Positions 52,739 to 64,000 of a stretch of DNA of 64,000 bases are shown one piece after another; the first letter of the stretch is position 1; every line of letters starts with the position of its first letter. The position numbers and the translations under genes were made by a program. This DNA comes from Diplonema japonicum. Lineage: Eukaryota > Protista > Euglenozoa: Diplonemea. The notes beneath the pieces are model-generated. The model searched no databases. It was not told the DNA's origin and saw only the letters and a list, made by a program, of their open reading frames with translations. The stretch spans positions 124,001 to 188,000 of the forward strand of contig OZ025712.1 of NCBI GenBank assembly GCA_964019335.1, given 5' to 3'.

Positions 52739-54554
52739 CCATCTACCAACGGACCATTTTTGCACCAGGGGGTAAATTTTCAAAACTTCAAAAAAAGCTA
52801 TTCCAGCGCAACGCCGGGGCTATATGCCCCCGGAAATGCCTCCAGATGTCCCAATTCTAGAGAGAGGGTGCCCACAGCAGGGTCCACCCCCACAACATTG
52901 TCAAAAATATCGTTCCTGAAGTGCCCGAGAGGGGATACAAAAAACAAGTCAAAAAAAATCGACTGTAAAATTCTATAAAAAGCTATTTAAGGCCTTCTTG
53001 ACGCGGTTCGTATGTGCCCCAGGGCTGGGGGACTTCTTTTTTGACCCCGGGAGGGGTTTCTGGGGGGTATCCCCGGCAAGGTGGTAGTCTTTGAAGCACG
53101 GAGTCACGCAAAGTTGTACCAAGCAGGCTGAACACTGAAATAGGGGTCTTTTCGACTTGCAATGCTTGCACCGCACGTTGCACTACTTTTTCGGGGAAAT
53201 GGTCCCAGAAGGTACTGTCACGGCGCATTGGGGTCTCAGAGCACTCGTTCTGTGTTTCGGGGCATGGTATTGGGGCAGCCTGCTCTGTAGTTGATTTTAT
53301 CTGTTGTTTAGACTGCCTCTCCTAGTAGCCCTTCGATGACTGCCTCTTTGAAAGGCCTGAATCCACTGTCGTTCGTACTCAGGGCGTTGGGGGGCAAGGC
53401 TTCTTTCCAAACAAGCCAAGCATTCGCCAGAGATTTACCTAACAAGTACAAAAATACTTTTAGGGGCCACTTTTAAGTCATAAGGGTGCGTTTATGGCGT
53501 TTTGTCACAGCATCACCCAGCGTCGGTTCCGCCCATTGCGGTGTTGTAAATATGCACTTGGTGGGGGGCGGGATGTCCTTTCCGGCTTTCATTCTCTTTT
53601 GGCGGACACGTCAAATTCGACTTCACCGGAACATCCAACGTCGATAGAAAGCACGCTGGCATGATGTCATGCCACGTTGTGGTGCAAAGGATGCTCGCGT
53701 GCTGGTGGAACTGGGTGTCCCCACGGGATGCGCGTCCTTGGCATGCGGCCTCGCTTCTTTGGGGCATCCATGATCTCCGGGAGGCCTTTGCGATAAGTAG
53801 AAGTCAGCATGCTTGTTTGTTTCGCTGTGGAAACACAGATTTCCCAGAATAGTCAAAAAGCGGTCTCTTGACATGACGGTGGCGTACCCAGGGGTGTAGT
53901 TGAGAGACGTGGAGCCAGTGTGCCAGTAATCAGAATAATCTGGCTTGATATCCAAGTCCATCGACAAAAGGACACCTAGGAAGGTACGCAGAGAAGCAGC
54001 ATCGAGATCCAGGGAGACACCTTTTTTAGCCGCATTTGCCACATTGTTCAAAGTTATGACCCGAATAAAGTTTGGGACGAGCATTTGGGAGAATATATGG
54101 TATGGCGTTGAGCCTTTGATGTCAAAACAGGGTCCACAAGGATTCCGATCTTCACGAAACCGGATGCCTTCCAACTGCTCCGGCTTTGCCGTCCAATCAC
54201 CCTGCTGTGACTCGGAATCGGTCGAATTCGTATCAGAATCACTGTTTGTATCAAAATTGCATAATAGGGATGAGCCATCGTGCTGCCATCACTCATGACG
54301 TCCTCTTCCGGCCCTCTTTCCGGCGCCTTTTTTTGAAGTGATTTTTGGGGGATTTTTAGGGTAAATTTGGGCTGGCGTTTTTTTTCATTTTTTCATTTTC
54401 TTGTTAAGTTAGGGCAGCATTTAGTTTATTTTTTTCATATTTTCCGCGCAGGACCCCGCCGGCAAGAAAGGGCCGGGCCGTATTGCATTGAAAGCCCTTT
54501 GCGTAAAAGATTTTTTTTCAAATCGTCTATATATAGACGCTCGTTGATAGATGG
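52739..54554 (-). mobile_element. Decayed piggyBac-like DNA transposon (1816 bp)
   Basis: TTAA on both sides (52735-38, 54555-58); TIR CCATCTACCAACG / CGTTGATAGATGG (12 of 13). Transposase fragments FLGVLLSM...DYW...MSRDRFLTILGNLCF, YNTAMGGTD and RCKHC...CSACLVQLCVTPCFKDYH. Confidence 0.93.
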
Positions 54555-55107
54555 TTAAATAATAATAAAAAAAAAAATGGAAAAAAAAAAATAAAAATAA
54601 AATAAAAAAAAGAAGGAAGTGCGGATACGAGATAGGGTCCCTCATTGAAAAAGAAATGAATGACTTACCTCTGTTCCTCCCCCCCCCCCCCCCCTTCTAC
54701 CTCTCTCGTATTCAGTTTTTTTTTTTTTTGCGGGAAGAACAAACTCCCCCTCACAAGGTAGCAAAAAAAAAAGAGCGGATGAAATAAAATTTCTTTTTAA
54801 CGCCAACGGTGAAAAACACACCACTGTCTTTTAATTTTCTTTTTTTTTGACCCCCTTTTTTTCTCCTTTTTTTTTGGGTTTGGCCGGAAAAGACCTTGTA
54901 AGTACCCCCCCCCCCCCCCCCCCCATGAAAATCTCTCGGAAATCTTTTTAAAAGGGGGAATAGGCACAGCTACTTCGGTACCGGAACAAAAGTGATTACT
55001 GTAAAACAAAAATCTTTTGCTTTTAGAGTATTTATTTCCTAATTATTTTAAGAAGAGATTTTTTTTTTTTTCTTTCTTGTAACAAACCGTTGCCCTCCCC
55101 CAGACAA

Positions 55108-55140
<33 letters not shown>

Positions 55141-55232
55141 CGACAACAACCTAATAAAGTGTTTCTGCAAATAAAAAAAAATACGTTTTCTTTTTTTTTT
55201 TCTCCCCCCGGCAACAAAAAAAAAAAAAAAAA

Positions 55233-55558
55233 TGGGGCTTTGATTGCAACACTAGGTGGCGTTAAGCGTGCAATGAAGCACGAACTACCTACTTGATTAC
55301 AGGGGGCGCTCCCCGGCCGAGTTGTAGCTTCTTTTGCGTTCCGCGTCGTGTCCTTAATGCGTGCGGTGTGCTCAACCCTAGCCGGGGCGTCCCGGGTAAC
55401 CAAGATTCTGCGCTCGTGCAGTTTGCTGCCTGTTCGTCACCCTGAGCATCTGCGTTACGTTCTTCCACTCGGGCGCTACCGGTGATGACCGACGAGGAGG
55501 TCAACAGCGAACAACACATCTGATGTACTTCTTATATTTCCATGTTATCCCCACCACC
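55233..55558 (-). mobile_element. ~326-nt structured SINE-like repeat, full copy
   Basis: 227 of 235 nt identical to 63766-64000; a diverged copy at 61984-62320; followed by a T-tract on the minus strand. Confidence 0.8.
55425..55558 (-). ncRNA. HDV-like self-cleaving ribozyme (predicted)
   Basis: P1 GGUGGUG/CAUCACC, P2 GCUGUUG/CAG(G)CAGC, P3 ACC/GGU, L3 UCCUCGUC, P1.1 CC/GG, P4 CGCCCGAGUG/UGCUC(A)GGGUG, J4/2 ACGAA, all in HDV order. Confidence 0.82.
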
Positions 55559-55907
55559 TAAAAAAAAGTGCCCCAACAGAGGTACAGTGGTACTAGAAAA
55601 TAACCAAGAGGGGGGTTGGACCTCTCTTTCTGCCTACGGATTCAGCGACTCGCTGAGTTTTGTCAGCGCCATGAAACAGGTTGGACTCCACTGCCCACTG
55701 TCGTCCCAGTGCGGCTGGGGTGCTGGGTGCGTTTGATCACCGAGCAGCCCCCCTTTGCTAGTTTTTTGACACCCCAGTACACACGACGAGAAAAAAAAAA
55801 GGGGGGGGAAACCATGGAACAAAAAAAAAAAAAAAAAGAAACATAGCATAACAAACATAACTTACCAGTACGGGGGGGGGGGGGGGAAGGGGGAAAAAAA
55901 AAACCCC

Positions 55908-55940
<33 letters not shown>

Positions 55941-56105
55941 AAAGAAAACCCTGAAAAAAATATTACAGAAAAAAAAAAGGGATGAGGGGAAATAATATTT
56001 CCTCTCCCCCCCCTCTCTCCTTTCTTTTTTTTTTTTAAAAGTCTTCTTTCTAAAGGCCAAGGTTCTTCTTTTTTTTCCCCCCCTTTTCCCCCCCTCTTTT
56101 TTTTT

Positions 56106-58221
56106 TCAAATAGGCGGCAGCGTCGGGAGGTTCATGAGCACAGCAATCTATAAAAAAAAATAATTTTTTTTTTTTACCCTTCTTTAAAAAAAAAAAAACA
56201 AACCTTTTCTTGCTCAACGTTCCTCTCAGCGGGGGTAGGCCATCGGTCAGGCGAAGGTCGTTTATATGCCCACGTGTTGTTCGCAGCGTCAGTAACCTCG
56301 ATGCCTTTTTTTTTTTTTTTTTTTTTTTCTTTCTCCCAAATGTATAAATAATAAAACAAAACATACCTTTATCCGCCAACGTTTCCTCAACTAACTCAGA
56401 ACACATTTCTTCTATGCAGGCTTTTAACGCCTCGGCAGGTAGGTTTTGGTCCAGTTTTTCACAGATCTCCAGCTTCAATTTCTTTTTGAACTCCAAAAAG
56501 GAATCGACGACCTCGATGACCTCAGTTTGTTCAAACGCCTTGTCCCCTTCTGTCGCTGAGATACAGTTCTGCCCTGGCTCCATCAACCCAAACGAAACAA
56601 AAACTTTTCGCGCGTACTCAAAAATATCATTGATAAGCAGTGTTTTAACAGCAGACCCCGCTTTACCAATATAGTCGATAGTGAGTTTGGCAAGATCCTT
56701 AAGGTGCGCCATTGCGGTTGACGTGTCGAAATTGTTACAGAGGGCCTTGTGGATTTCGCTGCGTAGATTCCGGAAAGCAGCAGCAAGATTACCTTCTAAT
56801 TTCATATTCCATGCTTGATGTTCCGACAGTGAGCCGTTAGCGAGTGATAGAACATCTTTAACCGCTTTGAAGAATGAGATAAACACTTCTTCTTGTTGCT
56901 GTGCAACTGTCATGCTGTTATGGCAGAACATAAGCGCACCGTCGTAAGGGTGTAACAAGAACAACATTCGAAGTTGAGTTGCGGTGTAACGTTCAAGCGC
57001 GCCTTCGATTGTGACAAAGCTTTTCAATGTGTTTGCCATGTTTCTCCCATCGATGTGGAGATGTCCATGGTGGATAAAATAGTTCACCCATTGGTCAGAA
57101 CACCACCTTGCCTCCGATTGCGCGAGTTCATTGTCGTGATGCGGGAATTTTAAATCCTCGCCGCCTGAATGTATATCGAACTGCTCACCGAGGATTTCGC
57201 TCGCCATAACAGAACATTCTATGTGCCAACCGGGTCTACCGTACCCCCAGGGCGACATCCATTTTGGTTCGGCTTCTTTGGATTTTTTCCACAGGATGAA
57301 GTCTTTGGGATGGCGTTTCTCCCGTTTTGCAATCTCGTTGCAGTGAAGGATACCCTCGCAGTTTCCCATCAACCCGCCGTCGTCGTCCGCTGAACACGGC
57401 ATCAACTTCGCATACGTGTGTTTTTCAGTGAACGCTTGTATGTTAAAATACACGTTCCCGTTGCTTTCGTACGCGAAACCGTTTGAAACGATCTTCTCGA
57501 CGAAGGATATAATGGACGGGATGTATTCGGTAACCCGTGTGATGACTGTCGGGGGTTTGATACCGAGTCTCGACATGTCTCTGAAAAACTGTTTTTCCAT
57601 CTCGCGTGTTAAGGGCAAGGTGTTCAACCCTTTGTTCTCGTTGTCGGGGAGGTCGTCTGTTGAAGGCACCGTCTTCTTGGGGTCGGGAACCTTGACACCA
57701 TTCGCCGATAACCACTTCCTCGCAAGTTCGAGAGTTTTGATATCGCATAAGCAGGAACCCCACACCTCTGACAACGCTTGCAGCGATTGTTGCCAAGAGT
57801 ACCCGTCCTCTACTAGGGTTTCCAAAAGCCTTGTCCGGACTATGATCCGATCGTCAATGTCGGTGACTCCCATAACAAGGGTCACGTCGTAGCTGAAATA
57901 ATTCTCGAGGATTCTCCTTATGATGTCGAATGTGAGGTATGTTCTGCAGTGACCGAGGTGTGGGGGGTCGCACACGGTCGGGCCGCATGTGTACCATTTC
58001 ACGGTCCTCCCCTCCATGGCCCGGAATTCCACGGGACCTGCGTCCTGTGCCAGGCTGTTGTTCAGTTTCAGCCGGACGCCGTCCTCCGGCATCCCCCACG
58101 GTTGTCCCTTCTTCTTCCCCTTGCTGCCCCCCTTCATCGGGCTCACCGGCGAGGATTCCCCGCTACGCAGCTGCCTCACATCATTGGAGTGAGGATGGCC
58201 TTCATCGTCGCATATATTCAT
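56106..58221 (-). CDS. Cysteinyl-tRNA synthetase-like paralogue with degenerate KMSKS; exons 58221-56367, 56304-56204, 56147-56106
   Basis: [55 protein letters not shown]; NMANT in place of KMSKS; introns 62 and 56 nt. Confidence 0.88.
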
Positions 58222-58486
58222 ATTCAGACCCCCTTTTTTTTTGTAAGATTTGTGGACATTTAGTTAAGAAAGTTTAGAAAAGAAGAATAAAAAAGAAAGA
58301 AAAAAAGGAGGGTTTTTTTTGGGGTTGGTTTTTTTTTTTTCGAGGGGTGGGGGAGGGGGTGGGGGTGACAACAGGTTAAAAAAGGGGGGGGGTCGATAAA
58401 ATTCCAGTGTGCCGGAGGGTGCTCACTGGGGAAAAAAAAAAAAAAAAAAGAAAAAGGTGGGGGAGGAAAAAAAAAAAAAGAAATGT

Positions 58487-59854
<1,368 letters not shown>

Positions 59855-60764
59855 TTAAATTTAGGTGTTAAAGAATAAAAAAAGGGGCTGTGTGCATGGT
59901 GTTTATTTTACTTTTTAGTTTGAACGGATGCTGATGGAAGCATTTTTTTTTTTTGAAAAGAGGAAAAAAAAAAAAAAAATCATTTTGGTCAGGAGGGGGG
60001 ACAAGAGAGAAAAAGGAAAGGGGGAGGGGGGAAGGAAAGAAAAGAAACAAATGAAGTCGGTAATATCTTTTTAATTAACAAGCAAAAAAAAAAAAAAAAA
60101 AAAAAAAAAGGAAAGCTTCTCCTCATATCTCAAAACTGTGGTTTTGCGGTAAAGGCCCAAAAGGGGTTGGGGTAGTTCCTGAGGGGGGTCTCTGTGACTC
60201 CGTGAAGCGGGAAAAAGTTCTTTTTTTTCTCTCCTTTTTTTTTTTTATGTTTTAGGTGGGATAAAGTAATGGAAAAAAAAATAAGTGTAGGCAAGTCAAA
60301 AAAGAAATAAAACAGGGGAGAGAGACTGGATGCGCTTCCGGAGATAGTTTTGAGAGTGGGAAAACAAGATACATTTTCTTTTCTTTTTATCACCTTCACC
60401 CAGGTTTCTTTATGTTCTTTTTTTTTTTTTTTTTTTAAACACAATGCAGCCATTTGACTGGAGGTAAACCAAACCAGGTCACACCATACTGTTTTTAATA
60501 AGGAAAAGAAAATTCAGTGTTTTTTTTAAAACTATGAGATTTTTTTCCAAAAAAAAAAAAAAAAAAAAAAAAATATCACCCACCACCCCCAAAAAAGAGA
60601 TGGATGAGCTTGATAAGCAATTTTGGAAAAGTAGCAGTCGAGGGGGTGAAATAATATTTCAAAAGAGGAACGGAACTGGCCGTTGTTTGTACGTGCCCGG
60701 GTAAAACCTGGAGAAGTTTGTCAATCCGAAACACGTTGCCAACGTTCCCCTTTTGTTTAGACAG

Positions 60765-60816
<52 letters not shown>

Positions 60817-60913
60817 ATTTGTCCACCACCAATCATTTCCCTTAGTAATTGATTAATATTAGCTATTTATTAAATGAAAATCAGATAGCCTGATTTTATT
60901 CAATACTGCATTT

Positions 60914-61501
60914 TATTTAATGATGAGCTGCTCTCGAAAAGAATTTAGGTGCTAAGTGTGGCTTCGCTGCTGCCTGCTTGTAGCGGCGCAATGCGAGTCT
61001 TTACGGTACTGGGTTTGGTATGATCAACTCGGCGAATTGATGTTGACGTTTATATCAAACGTGATTCTGTGCACTGTTGAAGTAGTGGGCTGTGTCGAAG
61101 GGGGCAGGGCCGAAGGGTGCGTTGCAGGCTGCTGTGTTTGTTCCAGCCCGCCTGAGACCTCTTTGCTTGCTGTATCCGAGCGTTTTACGTACCGGTTCAT
61201 GTAGGCTATTTTGCTTGCCGTTGGAAGCGTGTCTTCCATCACAGATTTGGCCTCTTTCTCGAGGCTGATCCCCTTGGCTCGCTTCCCGGTCGCCTTCGGT
61301 TTTCTTCCCATTTTGCTAGAAATGACTGTGGGCGTGAAATAAAGTACCTGATTTTCACGCCCAGCAACGTTTGGCTTAAAAAACATGAGGAGAAAAAAAA
61401 AAAAAAAATCAGATACTTTATTTCACACCCCGTGAAATAAAGTGAAACCTGATTTATATCTTCCGGCGTAATTCTTTAAGAGAGCTGCTCAGAATTAAAT
61501 A
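60914..61501 (-). mobile_element. Small element with ~32-bp imperfect terminal inverted repeats and a deleted ORF (Crypton-like relic)
   Basis: TATTTAATGATGAGCTGCTCTCGAAAAGAATT (60914-45) versus its inverted counterpart 61470-61501 (27 of 32); palindrome ACTTTATTTCAC-ACCCC-GTGAAATAAAGT; ORF remnant TLPTASKIAYMNRY...FDINVNIN. Confidence 0.5.
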
Positions 61502-61939
61502 TTTTCTTTCTTTTTTTTTTTTTTACTTTTTCCAATCTGCTTTCTTGTGAAATCGCTTCTGGCTCCTACAGAAAAGCAAGCACGGAGCACACGAAAGCGT
61601 TGGAACGATTCTTCAAAGTTTGTTCACTCTCCGAGGCAACTGAGAGAGCGAAAGTTCACCAAGCGGTTGAACGGCTGCCGTAAGGGCCGCTGCAAAAAGC
61701 TCCAAATGGCCTCGGGTTAAAAGCAGTTTGTCAAAAAAAAAAAAAGAGAAAAAAAAAAAAAAAATGTACTCATGAAAAATCAGCCAGATTTTCATTTGTG
61801 TCTCCACAAGTGAAATCTGGAGGTTTTTATAAATAAATACTTATAATTTTTATTAAGGGTCGCGTTGTGTGTGTGTGGTTTTTTTTTTTTCCCCCCTTTT
61901 TTTCCCCCTTTTAAATACGGTATTCTTCGAAGTGGAACG

Positions 61940-61983
<44 letters not shown>

Positions 61984-61985
<2 letters not shown>

Positions 61986-62320
61986 AGTTGGCGCTTCACT
62001 TGCTNNNNNNNNNNNNNNNNNNNNNNNNNNNNNNNNNNNNNNNNNNNNNNNNNNNNNNNNNNNNNNNNNNNNNNNNNNNNNNNNNNNNNNNNNNNNNNNN
62101 NNNNNNNNNNNNNNNNNNNNNNNNNNNNNNNNNNNNNNNNNNNNNNNNNNNNNNNNNNNNNNNNNNNNNNNNNNNNNNNNNNNNNNNNNNNNNNNNNNNN
62201 NNNNGTTCTGCGTTGTGTCCTTTGTGCGGTGTACTCAACCCCAGCCGGGTCAGCTCTCGTGCAGTTTGCTGACTGTTCGTCACCCTGAGCATCTGTATTG
62301 TGTTATTCCACTCGCTACCG
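61984..62320 (-). repeat. Diverged, 5'-truncated copy of the ribozyme-headed repeat, interrupted by the assembly gap
   Basis: 62205-62320 aligns to ~55337-55481 with deletions; 61984-62004 resembles the 3' part. Confidence 0.7.
62005..62204. other. Assembly gap (200 N)
   Basis: Run of N. Confidence 0.99.
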
Positions 62321-62746
62321 AGAGAAGAAAATAAAGAAAAAAAAAAAAAAAAAAAAACCTTAACTGCCAAATGGAGCCATTGTTTTAGACAAATAGCTTT
62401 TTTTTTTTTCCTTCTTTCTTTTCTTCATATACCATAGTTGCGATTAGTCATTCGATCTACTTTGGAGGCCGATTGGAAATCATAGATAAGCCGATCTCAT
62501 AGGGGAGAGAACATCATGGAAAGAAGAGGAGAAAAAAAAAAAAAAACACTATGAAAAAAGCATCACACGGCCCTCATCATTAAGAAAGTCTGGGGAAAGG
62601 CACAGTGGATCAGGAGCTGAAACGACTTCACACTGTTGGCGCTTTCCATTTTTTTTTTTTTGTTTGTATTGCTAGCAGTTGAAAGGAATATCGGCTATTA
62701 TTTCTTTTTTTTTCTTCCCTTCGTTCTCGTCGTTGCTCGGTGCGGG

Positions 62747-62751
<5 letters not shown>

Positions 62752-62781
<30 letters not shown>
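62752..62781. repeat. (TG)n microsatellite
   Basis: About 15 TG units. Confidence 0.9.
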
Positions 62782-62782
<1 letters not shown>

Positions 62783-63732
62783 ATTCTCCTCCCCCTTCTT
62801 AATTTCGGAGTTATATAAAAAAAAAAAAAGCATAACGATTTCCCTACCCTCCCTGTTTTCCCTCAACCTTTGCGGACATAAACAACAGCCTTCATCCAAA
62901 AAAAAAAAAAAAAAAAAAAGAAAAAAAGAAAAGAAAGAAAAAAAAAAAGAATAAAAGAAAGCTCGGAGCAGGTCATTCCACCTGTATTTCTTTTTTTAAA
63001 AAGTTCTTCACATGGGAGCGGTGCCGGGGGTGGGGTGGGGTGAGAGCCAAGTTTATTAGCTACAGACAGACGGTTGAGGCGGTAGGGCACACGAGAAAAA
63101 AAAGAAATGTCTAAAAAAGAAATAGATAGCCTGGTGAAAAGGGGATGCACTACGAGCGGTGCTTACCCACCTTTTTTTTTTTTTTTTAAAGTTGCCATGA
63201 GAAAAAAAAAAAAGATTTTTCTTTGAGGGTGGAGGTAGGTAAGCGCAAAAAAAAAGAAAAAAAAAAAAAAAAAAAAAAAAGTAGTTAAAACAACAAAGGG
63301 GAGGGAGGAGGTGAACTCGTGACTACATTACTGAAAAAAAAAAAAATGAAAAAAAAAGAACCCTAATGATGCTCCCCTTTTGGAGGGTCACGACTTACGT
63401 TCTTGCAAGCTGGGAGGAAGAGGAGGAGGAGGGGTGAAACAAAAAAATATTTCGCTGCACTCTCGGCAGCTCACTCTCTCCCTTCCCCCCAAAAAAAAGG
63501 AAGAGGAAAAAAAAAGGGGGGGGGAAAGAACACAATTATTCCGGGACTTTACATTTCCCCCCCTTCCCTTATTACGTGTACTCTTAGTTTTAAAAAAAAA
63601 AAAAAAACCTGTGTGAACGAGGGGGAGAAAAAAAAAAAAAAAGTGTAGTTCTTATTTATTATTTTTTTATTTTTTTTTTTTTTTTTTGGATACATCATGC
63701 TTAGTTTTCGGACGCAGTAAAAAAAAGGGGAA

Positions 63733-63765
<33 letters not shown>

Positions 63766-63768
<3 letters not shown>

Positions 63769-64000
63769 GGCTTTGATTGCAACACTAGGTGGCGTTAAGC
63801 GTGCAACGAAGCACGAAATACCTACTTGATTACAGGGGGCGCTCCTCGGCCGAGCAGTAGCTTCTTCTGCGTTCCGCGTCGTGTCCTTAATGCATGCGGT
63901 GTGCTCAACCCTAGCCGGGGCGTCCCGGGTAACCAAGATTCTGCGCTCGTGCAGTTTGCTGCCTGTTCGTCACCCTGAGCATCTGCGATACGTTCTTCCA
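63766..64000 (-). repeat. Third copy of the ribozyme-headed repeat, cut by the window edge
   Basis: Colinear with 55233-55467, 8 substitutions and no indels; ~31-nt T-tract downstream on the minus strand. Confidence 0.9.

Noticed and set aside
55481-55523. Plus-strand C/D snoRNA (GTGATGA...CTGA)
   Set aside because: Only ~40 nt between the boxes, antisense to the cluster, and fully explained as the complement of ribozyme P1/P3 and J1/2
55233-55558. 7SL/SRP RNA or RNase MRP identity for the ~330-nt structured repeat
   Set aside because: No GNRA helix-8 motif and no correctly ordered MRP conserved regions; the HDV fold fits better
55620-55870. GC-rich island and GTAAG donor-like site downstream of the CysRS-like gene as an extra exon or snoRNA
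   Set aside because: The CDS already terminates at 56106, and there is no convincing frame or box C/D pair; it may be UTR but cannot be supported

Overview
Eukaryotic genomic DNA, almost certainly a euglenozoan and most likely a diplonemid. Evidence: alpha-tubulin ending [14 protein letters not shown], a BILBO1 homologue, a kinetoplastid-type adenylate cyclase domain, and many spliceosomal introns. About 21 protein genes all lie on the minus strand, separated by homopolymer-rich spacers. They encode MO25, a putative eIF4E-binding protein, a delta-9 desaturase fusion, a 3816-aa surface protein, two tandem mitochondrial Hsp70s, purple acid phosphatase, BILBO1, an ammonium-transporter/adenylate-cyclase fusion, a PUB protein, ATG4, pantothenate kinase, a TruD/Pus7-like protein, a degenerate CysRS paralogue and alpha-tubulin. 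Reconstructed introns are GT-AG and 36-79 nt (one is expanded by a transposon), and many have A-rich instead of pyrimidine-rich 3' ends. Mobile DNA comprises two decayed piggyBac elements (one in an Hsp70 intron, TTAT duplication), a deleted LINE-like element, two Crypton-like relics, and a three-copy ~330-nt structured repeat. Top candidates for undescribed biology: (1) the repeat is headed by a complete HDV-like self-cleaving ribozyme fold and ends in poly(U); (2) a delta-9 desaturase fused to degenerate type-I-FAS acyltransferase-like and ACP-like domains; (3) an Amt-Amt-cyclase transceptor; (4) a CysRS paralogue lacking KMSKS. All homology calls come from motif recognition by eye, not from database searches.
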